64,000 nucleotides of DNA from Eledone cirrhosa (lineage: Eukaryota). The notes below the pieces were generated by a model. That model was not told where the DNA came from. It made no database searches and saw only the letters and a list, made by a program, of their open reading frames with translations. Position 1 is the stretch's first letter. Each line of letters begins with the position of its first letter. Positions 41,589 to 55,800 of this stretch are shown piece after piece. The stretch lies in contig OZ024751.1 in assembly GCA_964016885.1 (NCBI GenBank), positions 41,912,001-41,976,000 of the forward strand, written 5' to 3'. Position numbers and translations under genes: made by a program.

Positions 41589-42035
41589 TTAAACATTACG
41601 AAATATATATATTGCTAGAGAATGTCTATAAAAAATTGAGTAATATCTATGTGTTCTAGGGAAGCGTTTGTCAAGAGCTTTAAAGAATAGTTTAGCAATA
41701 GGGGTTTTAATATTTAGTGAGAAAGGAGGAGCGAACCATAATATATTCCTAGTTCTATTTCTTTTTCGGCTTTCGGAATTATTGTAATGTTTTCTATTAT
41801 AGTTGTTAAAATTGTTACCATAGTTAAAATTGTTATTATTTTGGTTAGTTTGTATATTATTATTATTATCGATGTATTTAATTTTATTTCTATACCCAGC
41901 TCTACCTAACGCTTCGTTGTAATAATGCGCTTTTTCATCAAATATATTCTTATTAGATGAAATTCTTGAAATTCGTTCTTGTACAGAGTTCACTATAGTA
42001 TTTTTAACGGATCTGGGGTGATTAGAGTTAAAATT
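41589..42035 (-). mobile_element. Penelope-like element RT C-terminal fragment flanked by inverted hammerhead-bearing repeats (~41000-41168 / 42052-42220)
   Basis: RISRISSN..F.....YY.EAL..AGY and ILWFAPPFS motifs are typical of the PLE thumb/linker region. Confidence 0.7.
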
Positions 42036-42124
42036 GCTTAGAGTTAAAATTGATGTCTTCCAAAAGTAACGGTTGCATTTTGAAAGGGTACGTCAATATT
42101 TATTTATAAAACTGGTATATATTG

Positions 42125-42189
42125 TATTTTGTCTGATGAAAGTGTACCATAATTTAACATGGTATCCTTGAAATATGTATAATAAGATA
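42125..42189 (+). ncRNA. Type I hammerhead ribozyme (family of 19287)
   Basis: UAUUUUGU-CUGAUGA-AAG..GUACCAU..AUGGUAU..CUU-GAAA-UAUGUA-UA-AUAAGAUA. Confidence 0.75.
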
Positions 42190-42547
42190 GATAGGGTTTT
42201 ATAAATATAGTTTCCATTTGTTAATATCGTATATTTACTCCAAATACTTGTCGAGTGCTTTATATCAGTTATAAAAATATTTGCTTGTTGTATCCCAACA
42301 ATTTAAATAGAACTTCTGCATATATATATATATATAATAAAGAAAATGTGGTAAGAAACCAGGTAGACCATAACGCACCAGAGTATTCGATACTTAGAAT
42401 AGTAGAGTGGGTAATAAGAAAAGAGTCAGGACCCCGACGGCTGAGCTCCGATGTTTTCGACAGCTAGATCCGAACTAACCCAGCAGTATAGTTCGGAACT
42501 AACTGTCGAAACGGCCGGAGCTTAGCCATGGGGTCCTAACTCTTTTC

Positions 42548-42676
<129 letters not shown>

Positions 42677-42725
42677 CGTGTGTGTGCGTGTGTTTGTATG
42701 TATATATATATATATATGCACTCAC

Positions 42726-42792
42726 CTGATCCCTGTACTGTCCACAATAAAGATAGTAATAATATATTCTGTGGTAACATTTTATCTGTCAT
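42726..42792 (-). CDS. Gene A (Cys-loop/nAChR-like subunit) exon 1, signal peptide
   Basis: ATG at 42792 gives MTDKMLPQNILLLSLLWTVQGS (hydrophobic signal-like), then a G|GTGAG donor in phase 1. The phase matches exon 2. A second in-frame ATG is at 42780. Confidence 0.75.
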
Positions 42793-42849
42793 TGTCAAAG
42801 ATCTTTACTGTTTGATACGGCCTGCAGTTATATCACGTTATTTATATAA

Positions 42850-42892
<43 letters not shown>

Positions 42893-42950
42893 CACACATT
42901 TATATGCACAGATATATACATATATATAAGTATATATATATAAATTTATA

Positions 42951-43003
<53 letters not shown>

Positions 43004-43160
43004 TTAACACATTACATTAAGACTTCCAACTAGAGTGTTAAACAAATATACCTTTATTGTATTGTGTTGATCTACTTTGTATGATGTGAACATAATTATG
43101 TATATGCTTATATATATGTGTGTGTGTGTGGGTATGTATCTGTATATGTGTGTGTATCTG

Positions 43161-43194
<34 letters not shown>

Positions 43195-43242
43195 GGTGTG
43201 TGTGTGTGTGTGTGTGCGTGTCTGTGCGTGTGTGTGTGTGTT

Positions 43243-43316
<74 letters not shown>

Positions 43317-43326
43317 ATATATATAT

Positions 43327-43403
<77 letters not shown>

Positions 43404-44389
43404 TATACACATATATACATATATACATACACACATATATACACATATACAAACACATACGCATACATACACATACATACAAATAAGTACACATAATCGC
43501 ACATGCACAAACACGCACTCGTTCGCACTCATACATGTGTCTATAATATAATGGTAGTGGGACAAATTTTAAATTTTAAATTTTAAACTGGGCCTGATAG
43601 AGGATTAAAATAATTAATATCACTACTAAGTTATTAATATTATCGTCAAGTAATTAATTACTATTTATTATTTACTATTTACCATTCACTATTCGTTACC
43701 TATCTTTTATCTTTTATCTATTCATTACCTAATCATTCACTCATAAATTAATAAATAAATGAATGAGTTAACTAACAAACAAACAAACAAACAGATAAAC
43801 AAATAAAGCAGTAAATAAGTAAATAAATAAATAAATAAATAAATGGATAAATAAATAAATAAGTAAATAAAGTAACTAAATAAATAAATAAATAAATAAA
43901 TAAATATACAGATAAATAGATAAATAAATCACGAACGTGTGCGTGCAGCAGTTCATAACTGCGCGTATGCAAACATGAGCAGGTATATACGTGAATTTGT
44001 GTGTGCGGCCACGGAACTTTACTCAGAGGCATACAACACAAGATATAAGACCTGGAGGGGAGGGAAGAAGGTAATAATTGTTTCTACTTTAGGCACATGG
44101 CCAGCAATTACCCAGTGCATTACTGGTACTTTATTTTATCGACCCCGTAAGGATGAAAGGCAAAGTCAACCTCGGCGGGATTTGAACTCAGATCGTAAAG
44201 GGACGTAGCTATGCTGGAAAGCATGGCGTCCGACCCTCCACCGATACTGCCAATCCACCGGGAAGAAGGTAATAATGAGAGATAGAGGGGAGGAAAGAGG
44301 GTAATAATGAGAGATGGAGGGACGGAAATGGGATGGGGGGTGAAATGGGGGGGGGGGGGCAGTCGGGGGACCGGGGGGGTCTGTAGTTT

Positions 44390-44700
44390 TTGTAATTTGC
44401 ATAGTTCTTGTGCATGCAATTAGGGGAGTGTTCCGGGATCTTGTTGAGGAGAGGGCCTTTGGCGAATAGAATCTCATAGCTCTCGGAGATACAGAGGTCA
44501 CAGCAATTATGGCCTCCCGTGTATGATCGCGCTCTCTGGAGTAGTCTCCATTGGGTCTTGAAGGGGATGGAGTTCCTTTTTAGGTGCCAGATGTGGGCGG
44601 CGAGTGTAGTTTGGTTAGATTTGTCTGGGCGCCGGAACGAATGTGTGTGGGCGTACCAGTGAGTCTTAAAACAATTAGAATTGACCACTCCCCAAAGAAA
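44390..44700 (-). mobile_element. Penelope-like element GIY-YIG C-terminal fragment
   Basis: FK..WY.H..SF....TTLAAHIWHLK...W.LL.RA.SY....CDLC.SE..I...LLNK. Confidence 0.75.
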
Positions 44701-44827
44701 AAACGGCCTGTGGTCCTGTGTATCTAAATACCATCCCACCCCAAAAAATCTCTCCCCCCCCCCCCATCCACCACCCCTCCCTTACCACTACCTAAATGTA
44801 TAAATACCAGAACTTAATATGACACCC

Positions 44828-44878
44828 AGCTTCCTGAAGATTTCATCTGAATGAAACAGTACTAGTCCTGTAGAAGCT
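44828..44878 (+). ncRNA. Type I hammerhead ribozyme next to a Penelope-like fragment
   Basis: AGCUUC-CUGAAGA-U-UUCA-UC-UGAA-U-GAAA-CAG-(loop)-CUG-UA-GAAGCU. Confidence 0.8.
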
Positions 44879-44964
44879 CCTTCTATTAAATAAAAAAAAT
44901 TTACTCTGCCATGTATTGAGTACCTTAATTACTGTGGTTATCCCCGACTCAACCCGGGACCTAC

Positions 44965-45013
<49 letters not shown>

Positions 45014-45544
45014 TAAACGGAATAGAAAATGCTGACAAATTGTTCGCAGTGAAAAATAGTTTAATTAGAAATAAATGAGAATTAGTAATTGTATTGGTTA
45101 GTATTCAGTTTTGGTTTTAAGTTTTACCGGTTGCGCATTTCTAAATGCTTTTCAAAAATAATTTTGAGATAGAGCGTCTGTGATGTTTGCTCTGATCTGA
45201 TTAGTTTTGGGAATTCTACCTGTTTTTATGTTAACATACATACCTACATCAGCACACATCTCTACCCACATATAAACACAATGACATACGTAAACACACA
45301 TGTTCGATGGTGCAACACAAAAAAAAAAAAATATATATATATATATAGTGAATATATGTATGTATATATATATAGTGAATATCATTTCACACCTTTTATT
45401 GTTAAGGTTCTTGATGTTCTATTGAGAGAATCGATTTTACTGAAAATATCGAATAATGTACACCATTTTACCAGGGGAAAAAAATACTGGTCCACCCACA
45501 CACATATATATACACACACGCGTACATTAACATACAAAGAGACT

Positions 45545-45620
<76 letters not shown>

Positions 45621-45741
45621 CACACACACACTTCTCCGTATAAGACAAGAGCTGAAAAATATCTTTTGACATGTTAAAATATCCCCCACTCACTTACAGA
45701 CACATTCCTACTGACCATCCCTCTACCACGAATTACTCTGC

Positions 45742-45825
<84 letters not shown>

Positions 45826-45914
45826 TCTTAATAGGCATTTGAACTGTAAACAGGCTGCGGTTCGCACACACATCCCTGCTAACCATTATCACAACAACGA
45901 ACACTTTACTACTA

Positions 45915-46010
<96 letters not shown>

Positions 46011-46181
46011 TTGTTGTGAAAGAATCATTTCTCAGTCTTGGCGCAAAATCAATTTTTTACATTCACATGACCTCTACCGACCAATCAAAATTGTTTTGAC
46101 CACAAGAATTTTTGCAACACGAATTGGCGCAAAAACCAATTTTAATAGCGTTGGAGCCACTTTTTTAATATAAAAACAGGT

Positions 46182-46258
<77 letters not shown>

Positions 46259-46468
46259 AATATATATATATATATGTATTGAAGTTTCCGTTGAAAATTG
46301 AAAAAGTCATAGGAGTTAAGAGTGCTCTATGTAAATACCAGAGCAAAATTTAATGTATAATAAACAATACAATATAATTACCTCATTACCAGAGGTTTCC
46401 CCAATAAGACGTCTTATTCGCGAAACCTCTGGTAATGAGGTAATTATATTGTATTGTTTATTATACAT

Positions 46469-46499
<31 letters not shown>

Positions 46500-47083
46500 T
46501 AGCGAGGTTTTTTTATATGAAATCGTGTGTCGAAACAGATATTGTTATAAATAAAATAAAATAAAATAAAATAAGATAAATAAATACATACACAAGCACA
46601 ATAACAACAAGCACATAAACACACACTAGTCACCCAGCAGACACAACACTATACACACTAGTCACACAGCACACATAACACTATACACACACGCAAACGC
46701 ATGCGCAAAGAAGACAAAATAAAATAAGATAAACAAACAAGCAAATAAATAAATAAATATATAGACAGACTGAATAAAAAAAAATGGCGTAGACATACAA
46801 CACAACAGGAGGAACAATGAATATAACACCACTGACGATGTGTTGCAGATGTGCAATGAAAGATTTATGTAAATTATGTAAACTATATATATATATGTGT
46901 TTGTGTCTATATTGTATCTGTATTATTTTTGACCGTCGGTCAGTCAATGGCAACATTGAGAACCGAGTAAGTTAGATCGCAGATATAAAAGACAGCGAGA
47001 AGCGAAAACCAACCAAACAGTGAGTGTGTTCTGTTATTAATTCTGGCAATATTACGCAAATATGACCCTCCCCAAGTATAACA

Positions 47084-47109
<26 letters not shown>

Positions 47110-47114
<5 letters not shown>

Positions 47115-47374
47115 GAATTGGTGCTCTGAAATAGCGATATATATATGAATGTATATATAGTGCATTTTGCAATACACTGTATGCTTAATTAAAAGCATTT
47201 CGAAGACCTTACGCTATTGTTTTAGAGTAGTGACAGTCTCACTTACTTTAAATCTCCCCTGTTTGCTGAAAATTTAAAGTAAGTGAGACTGTCACTACTC
47301 TAAAACAATAGCGTAAGGTCTTCGAAATGCTTTTAATTAAGCATACAGTGTATTGCAAAATACACTATATATAC

Positions 47375-47375
<1 letters not shown>
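47110..47375. mobile_element. Foldback element related to the 311-bp array unit
   Basis: Arms about 47148-47253 / 47271-47375. Shares aaattagaa..tgctctgaaatagcgatatatat and ctgtatg..catt.tgaagacct..cgctat with the array unit. Confidence 0.7.
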
Positions 47376-47437
<62 letters not shown>

Positions 47438-47689
47438 ATACCCGACTCAGGGGCGGCAGAGCAATGTGGCAGCATGGTACTACGTCTTTCTGTGGGTCAA
47501 AAACATAGGACACACCTTTTCTTTACTTGTTTCCTTAAAGCTTACCATCATTCCGTTGGTATACATCTATTACACAATTCATACCTGATGAGCTCACCGG
47601 GTTCTTACGCAACCTGGTCACTGACATAGTGTTAACAGTAATAAAAAAATTAATGAAATTCAACATATTTGGGCTCCTGTCATTTCACT

Positions 47690-47840
<151 letters not shown>

Positions 47841-49005
47841 GTGTGTGTGTGTGTAAGGTGTATGTATATATATGTATGTATATATAGAAAGGGCGGAAGA
47901 ACTCATAAGAGTCAACGGCCATCCAAAAGTGTGTAAATATGTATATACACATGTAGATATGTATGTATATGTGTATATAAATGGGTGCATGTGTATATAT
48001 ATGCGCGGGGACATAGAAATAGTCGGGCTGGACATCCGATCGCGCGGTTAAACCACTGGGAGTGAAGGACCCCTAGTCTTTGTCAGGGCATTCTTCTAGG
48101 AGAAGGCAATTCAGGAAACTGGGATAACTCCGATATAAAACCTGCGGCTCAGTAGTTACCCGTGAAGTTGAACTTTTCTTCTTTTCGGGTTATAGCTACT
48201 GTCTCTCAGGGAGAGGGATTGGCTCAGTGCACAGTCTTTCCTCACTTTAAAAAATATCTTCACGCACAGGTATTGCATGATAGAATTAATTGATTATTAT
48301 TAATAATGGTATATCATGCAATGGCCATACTCAATAACGAGGGGGCAGCCATCATATATAAGGTAACGTCAGTTAATGTAGGTTCACAATAAACGTAATG
48401 AAGACATAACAAATCATCTTTTTTATTATTATTATAAAAGTATCGGTAGAGAGTCGGACGCCATGCTTCCCAGCATAGTTACGTCCCTTTGCGGTCTGAG
48501 TTCAAATCCCACCGAGGTTGACTTTGCCTTTCATCCTTACGGGGTCGATAAAATAAAGTACCAGTAATGCACTGGGTAATTGCTGGCCTTGTGCCTAACG
48601 TAGAAACAATTATTATTATTATATATATATATGTTTCTATGTCCTTTTTTTTTTCTTCTTTTCTTATATAAATAATAAAAATATTTACACGCACAAAACC
48701 TACATCGTACCGTCCTGTACCGTCCTGTACCGTCCTGTACCGTCCTGTACCGTCCTGTACCGTCCTGTACCGTCCTGTACCGTCCTGTGCCGTCTGTAAT
48801 GTTTTTCTTGGTGTCAGCCCTTGTGGCCAATAAAGAAATCATTATTATTATTATTATTATTGTTCTTTGAGTCTCTGTCATTGATGTTAGTTAACTGGAA
48901 AGTTTGTTGAAATGAATATCAAGCCGCTACCTGCAGCCTCAGATATTCAGGACGTATCGGAGGGTTCTTGCTGTTCCCAGCAAGCATGCCTTTTGAAGTG
49001 TTCCA

Positions 49006-49044
<39 letters not shown>

Positions 49045-50000
49045 GGCGACCTACTTAGTAAATCGTATCATCGTGAGCTCCGCAAAGGTTTGTTATTTTC
49101 AGTTGTTTAAAATTGCCATTCATGGAAAATTTTTATTGTTAACTGTATATAAGTGCACATACATTGTTATCTGAAAAGGACACCCAAAAAGATTGGGGCC
49201 TTGAGCCCAAAATTTAAACTTTTATAATTATCAAACAAAAATTTTCTTTGAAAAATCATGGATGACTCAGAGTCACTCCTTCCTCACATACTAACACCTT
49301 ACACCGACACCACCATTGTAAATATTACTACGTTTGCCAACACTAAAAATATAAGCAGTAGCAATATTTTAAATTTGTCTGAGGCAGACATTCATTTCCC
49401 GCCATTACCAATGACTGCAGGTGTTAAAGCCGCCACCACCACCACCGCGACAACCACCACCTCCACCACCACCGCGACAACAGAAACAGAAGAAAAAAAT
49501 AAATTAACCCGTGATATCGAAATGAATTCAACCAAAATGGACTCTTCCACACCGAACACCACTGACGCCACCACCACTATAACTGAAACTAAAATTAATA
49601 ATAACAAAAATAACGATAACAACAACAGCAACAATGACATTAAGAAAACCACCCTGAGTTTTGCCAGAGTAGCAAAACAGTGCGAAGCATTTCAGGTAAC
49701 TCAGGAGGAATTAGAAGAAGCCAAAAAAATGGTAAAGAAAGATGAGTACAGGGTCAGCCTCACTCTGAGTATGTGTCTGTAAATTAAAGGTGGAAAACTG
49801 GGAGAGGGAACTTGCCCTGTGGCCTTTTTAATAGGCTTTCTCCACAAATGTCCCTCGGAAGTCTCCCCCCTATTGGGGAATTTTTCATTGTTATTTTTTA
49901 TTACATCCTCTGTTTTTTTACACGCAGAAATGCCTGTATTGTCCTGTACTGTCCTTAATGTCTACTTTATGTAAACCCTTGTGGTTAATAAAGAAAACAT
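49045..50000 (+). mobile_element. Probable internally deleted LINE: 5' region with ORF1-like start (49258-49782) plus Tx1-family 3' end
   Basis: T/N-rich ORF ending in an SFARV motif. The 3' end gtggttaataaagaaaac-(TTA)n matches the Tx1-like termini. Both sides are flanked by (TTA)n. Confidence 0.45.
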
Positions 50001-50204
50001 TATTATTATTATTATTATTATTATTATCTATATGGTGATTGAACACTATATTTTTTGTTGAATCCCCAGTGTGAAGAACAGATCGATAATACAGTTTGTT
50101 CCACAACTTCTATTGATGACCTTCAGCTAATCTGCGAAAAATACGGTTGATACACAATAAAAAAACTACATGTAAATGAAACCTCTTTGTTCTTTCTTAA
50201 TAGA

Positions 50205-50309
50205 TAGAGTGTGTCCCAAAAAAATGTATACACACTTTGATTACCTGTACAGGCAATATTAATAGAAGGCTGTTGAAATGTGTATACATTTTTGGGGGGA
50301 CATCCTGTA
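50205..50309. mobile_element. Short Tc1/mariner-like MITE
   Basis: TIRs ..tgtcccaaaaaaatgtatacac / gtgtatacatttttgggggacatcctgta. Confidence 0.55.
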
Positions 50310-50504
50310 TATATTCATATGTGAATTAGATCACGTTGACTTTGATTTTCTCTAAATATAATTAGAAGCTTTCACTGTAGTCAATACTCGCTGAAAGCGT
50401 CTAATTCTATTTACATTATATATATATATAATAATGAATTATATATGTGTATATATATATATGTGTATGTGCATGTGCATGAATTATATATGTGTATATA
50501 TATA

Positions 50505-50593
<89 letters not shown>

Positions 50594-51062
50594 TATATAT
50601 GTATATATAAGTATATATATATATATATATATAGTAATAATAATAAATTTGAATACTAAAATCCAAAGAAGGCTCGATAAGGATAAATATATATCAAATA
50701 TATAAGAACCGTAGAGCAAATATTTATTAAAATAACAGATTAAAGTTTATATATATATATATAGGAGGAGGTTATAGTTCACTTGAAGCATTGTGTAATG
50801 AGGTATAAACGTTTGTATATGTATAATAAAGCCAAAACAATGCAGGTATGGACATAGAATAAAGAATGCAAATGCAAAAGATATTGTTGACAATTAGTCT
50901 TTTACCTTAGATTTATTTAAATGTCCTAAATTTTCGAGATAATATCTCTTCTACAGAGGGAATAAAGTTGTCAAACCAGTGAGATAGAACAGATACTCTA
51001 TACCATTTCCTGTCAGCATGACTTGGCAAGCTTTTTAGAACACCGGTTTGACAACTTTATTC

Positions 51063-51097
51063 CCTCTGAAGAAGAGATATTACCTCGAAAATTTAGG
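51063..51097 (+). ncRNA. Minimal hammerhead-like motif within palindrome 50804-51217
   Basis: CCU-CUGAAGA-A-GAG..CUC-GAAA-AU-UU-AGG. The inverted arm copy at about 50923-50960 has CUGUAGA. Confidence 0.5.
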
Positions 51098-51211
51098 ACA
51101 TTTAAATAAATCTAAGGTAAAAGACTAATTGTCAACAATATCTTTTGCATTTGCATTCTTTATTCTATGTCCATACCTGCATTGTTTTGGCTTTATTATA
51201 CATATACAAAC

Positions 51212-51246
<35 letters not shown>

Positions 51247-51251
<5 letters not shown>

Positions 51252-52864
51252 CTAAATGCTCTGAAATAGCGATATATATGTGAATATAGACATAGAATAT
51301 TCGAAAATATTCTGTATGTTTATAATAAACATTTTGAAGACCTAATCGCTATAGAATAGAATACGTCACGTATTACAATTAGATTCTCGATAAAAGCAAG
51401 GGAAGTAAATCTACGCGTTTCATTCTTATTAGAAATCGTCAGGACTACATATCCAGTGCTTTTATCGAGAATGACACAGCTAGAGACTTATAGAATACTT
51501 AGCTGTGTACAGGAACTGGTTTGAAAGAGCGGTTGCCGGTCCGGCAGAAATTAGAAATTGGAATAAATGCTCTGAAATAGCGATATATATGTGAATATAG
51601 ACATAGAATATTCGAAAATATTCTGTATGTTTATAATAAACATTTTGAAGACCTAATCGCTATAGAATAGAATACGTCACGTATTACAATTAGATTCTCG
51701 ATAAAAGCAAGGGAAGTAAATCTACGCGTTTCATTCTTATTAGAAATCGTCAGGACTACATATCCAGTGCTTTTATCGAGAATGACACAGCTAGAGACTT
51801 ATAGAATACTTAGCTGTGTACAGGAACTGGTTTGAAAGAGCGGTTGCCGGTCCGGCAGAAATTAGAAATTGGAATAAATGCTCTGAAATAGCGATATATA
51901 TGTGAATATAGACATAGAATATTCGAAAATATTCTGTATGTTTATAATAAACATTTTGAAGACCTAATCGCTATAGAATAGAATACGTCACGTATTACAA
52001 TTAGATTCTCGATAAAAGCAAGGGAAGTAAATCTACGCGTTTCATTCTTATTAGAAATCGTCAGGACTACATATCCAGTGCTTTTATCGAGAATGACACA
52101 GCTAGAGACTTATAGAATACTTAGCTGTGTACAGGAACTGGTTTGAAAGAGCGGTTGCCGGTCCGGCAGAAATTAGAAATTGGAATAAATGCTCTGAAAT
52201 AGCGATATATATGTGAATATAGACATAGAATATTCGAAAATATTCTGTATGTTTATAATAAACATTTTGAAGACCTAATCGCTATAGAATAGAATACGTC
52301 ACGTATTACAATTAGATTCTCGATAAAAGCAAGGGAAGTAAATCTACGCGTTTCATTCTTATTAGAAATCGTCAGGACTACATATCCAGTGCTTTTATCG
52401 AGAATGACACAGCTAGAGACTTATAGAATACTTAGCTGTGTACAGGAACTGGTTTGAAAGAGCGGTTGCCGGTCCGGCAGAAATTAGAAATTGGAATAAA
52501 TGCTCTGAAATAGCGATATATATGTGAATATAGACATAGAATATTCGAAAATATTCTGTATGTTTATAATAAACATTTTGAAGACCTAATCGCTATAGAA
52601 TAGAATACGTCACGTATTACAATTAGATTCTCGATAAAAGCAAGGGAAGTAAATCTACGCGTTTCATTCTTATTAGAAATCGTCAGGACTACATATCCAG
52701 TGCTTTTATCGAGAATGACACAGCTAGAGACTTATAGAATACTTAGCTGTGTACAGGAACTGGTTTGAAAGAGCGGTTGCCGGTCCGGCAGAAATTAGAA
52801 ATTGGAATAAATGCTCTGAAATAGCGATATATATGTGAATATAGACATAGAATATTCGAAAATA
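51247..52864 (-). repeat. 311-bp tandem array, left block (~5.2 units; hammerhead on minus strand)
   Basis: The motif aaatgctctgaaatagc recurs at 51254, 51565 and onward (period 311). The block starts directly after a (TA)n tract. Confidence 0.95.
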
Positions 52865-55800
52865 CTGGATATGTAGTCCTGACGATTTCTAATAAGAATG
52901 AAACGCGTAGATTTACTTCCCTTGCTTTTATCGAGAATCTAATTGTAATACGTGACGTATTCTATTCTATAGCGATTAGGTCTTCAAAATGTTTATTATA
53001 AACATACAGAATATTTTCGAATATTCTATGTCTATATTCACATATATATCGCTATTTCAGAGCATTTATTCCAATTTCTAATTTCTGCCGGACCGGCAAC
53101 CGCTCTTTCAAACCAGTTCCTGTACACAGCTAAGTATTCTATAAGTCTCTAGCTGTGTCATTCTCGATAAAAGCACTGGATATGTAGTCCTGACGATTTC
53201 TAATAAGAATGAAACGCGTAGATTTACTTCCCTTGCTTTTATCGAGAATCTAATTGTAATACGTGACGTATTCTATTCTATAGCGATTAGGTCTTCAAAA
53301 TGTTTATTATAAACATACAGAATATTTTCGAATATTCTATGTCTATATTCACATATATATCGCTATTTCAGAGCATTTATTCCAATTTCTAATTTCTGCC
53401 GGACCGGCAACCGCTCTTTCAAACCAGTTCCTGTACACAGCTAAGTATTCTATAAGTCTCTAGCTGTGTCATTCTCGATAAAAGCACTGGATATGTAGTC
53501 CTGACGATTTCTAATAAGAATGAAACGCGTAGATTTACTTCCCTTGCTTTTATCGAGAATCTAATTGTAATACGTGACGTATTCTATTCTATAGCGATTA
53601 GGTCTTCAAAATGTTTATTATAAACATACAGAATATTTTCGAATATTCTATGTCTATATTCACATATATATCGCTATTTCAGAGCATTTATTCCAATTTC
53701 TAATTTCTGCCGGACCGGCAACCGCTCTTTCAAACCAGTTCCTGTACACAGCTAAGTATTCTATAAGTCTCTAGCTGTGTCATTCTCGATAAAAGCACTG
53801 GATATGTAGTCCTGACGATTTCTAATAAGAATGAAACGCGTAGATTTACTTCCCTTGCTTTTATCGAGAATCTAATTGTAATACGTGACGTATTCTATTC
53901 TATAGCGATTAGGTCTTCAAAATGTTTATTATAAACATACAGAATATTTTCGAATATTCTATGTCTATATTCACATATATATCGCTATTTCAGAGCATTT
54001 ATTCCAATTTCTAATTTCTGCCGGACCGGCAACCGCTCTTTCAAACCAGTTCCTGTACACAGCTAAGTATTCTATAAGTCTCTAGCTGTGTCATTCTCGA
54101 TAAAAGCACTGGATATGTAGTCCTGACGATTTCTAATAAGAATGAAACGCGTAGATTTACTTCCCTTGCTTTTATCGAGAATCTAATTGTAATACGTGAC
54201 GTATTCTATTCTATAGCGATTAGGTCTTCAAAATGTTTATTATAAACATACAGAATATTTTCGAATATTCTATGTCTATATTCACATATATATCGCTATT
54301 TCAGAGCATTTATTCCAATTTCTAATTTCTGCCGGACCGGCAACCGCTCTTTCAAACCAGTTCCTGTACACAGCTAAGTATTCTATAAGTCTCTAGCTGT
54401 GTCATTCTCGATAAAAGCACTGGATATGTAGTCCTGACGATTTCTAATAAGAATGAAACGCGTAGATTTACTTCCCTTGCTTTTATCGAGAATCTAATTG
54501 TAATACGTGACGTATTCTATTCTATAGCGATTAGGTCTTCAAAATGTTTATTATAAACATACAGAATATTTTCGAATATTCTATGTCTATATTCACATAT
54601 ATATCGCTATTTCAGAGCATTTATTCCAATTTCTAATTTCTGCCGGACCGGCAACCGCTCTTTCAAACCAGTTCCTGTACACAGCTAAGTATTCTATAAG
54701 TCTCTAGCTGTGTCATTCTCGATAAAAGCACTGGATATGTAGTCCTGACGATTTCTAATAAGAATGAAACGCGTAGATTTACTTCCCTTGCTTTTATCGA
54801 GAATCTAATTGTAATACGTGACGTATTCTATTCTATAGCGATTAGGTCTTCAAAATGTTTATTATAAACATACAGAATATTTTCGAATATTCTATGTCTA
54901 TATTCACATATATATCGCTATTTCAGAGCATTTATTCCAATTTCTAATTTCTGCCGGACCGGCAACCGCTCTTTCAAACCAGTTCCTGTACACAGCTAAG
55001 TATTCTATAAGTCTCTAGCTGTGTCATTCTCGATAAAAGCACTGGATATGTAGTCCTGACGATTTCTAATAAGAATGAAACGCGTAGATTTACTTCCCTT
55101 GCTTTTATCGAGAATCTAATTGTAATACGTGACGTATTCTATTCTATAGCGATTAGGTCTTCAAAATGTTTATTATAAACATACAGAATATTTTCGAATA
55201 TTCTATGTCTATATTCACATATATATCGCTATTTCAGAGCATTTATTCCAATTTCTAATTTCTGCCGGACCGGCAACCGCTCTTTCAAACCAGTTCCTGT
55301 ACACAGCTAAGTATTCTATAAGTCTCTAGCTGTGTCATTCTCGATAAAAGCACTGGATATGTAGTCCTGACGATTTCTAATAAGAATGAAACGCGTAGAT
55401 TTACTTCCCTTGCTTTTATCGAGAATCTAATTGTAATACGTGACGTATTCTATTCTATAGCGATTAGGTCTTCAAAATGTTTATTATAAACATACAGAAT
55501 ATTTTCGAATATTCTATGTCTATATTCACATATATATCGCTATTTCAGAGCATTTATTCCAATTTCTAATTTCTGCCGGACCGGCAACCGCTCTTTCAAA
55601 CCAGTTCCTGTACACAGCTAAGTATTCTATAAGTCTCTAGCTGTGTCATTCTCGATAAAAGCACTGGATATGTAGTCCTGACGATTTCTAATAAGAATGA
55701 AACGCGTAGATTTACTTCCCTTGCTTTTATCGAGAATCTAATTGTAATACGTGACGTATTCTATTCTATAGCGATTAGGTCTTCAAAATGTTTATTATAA

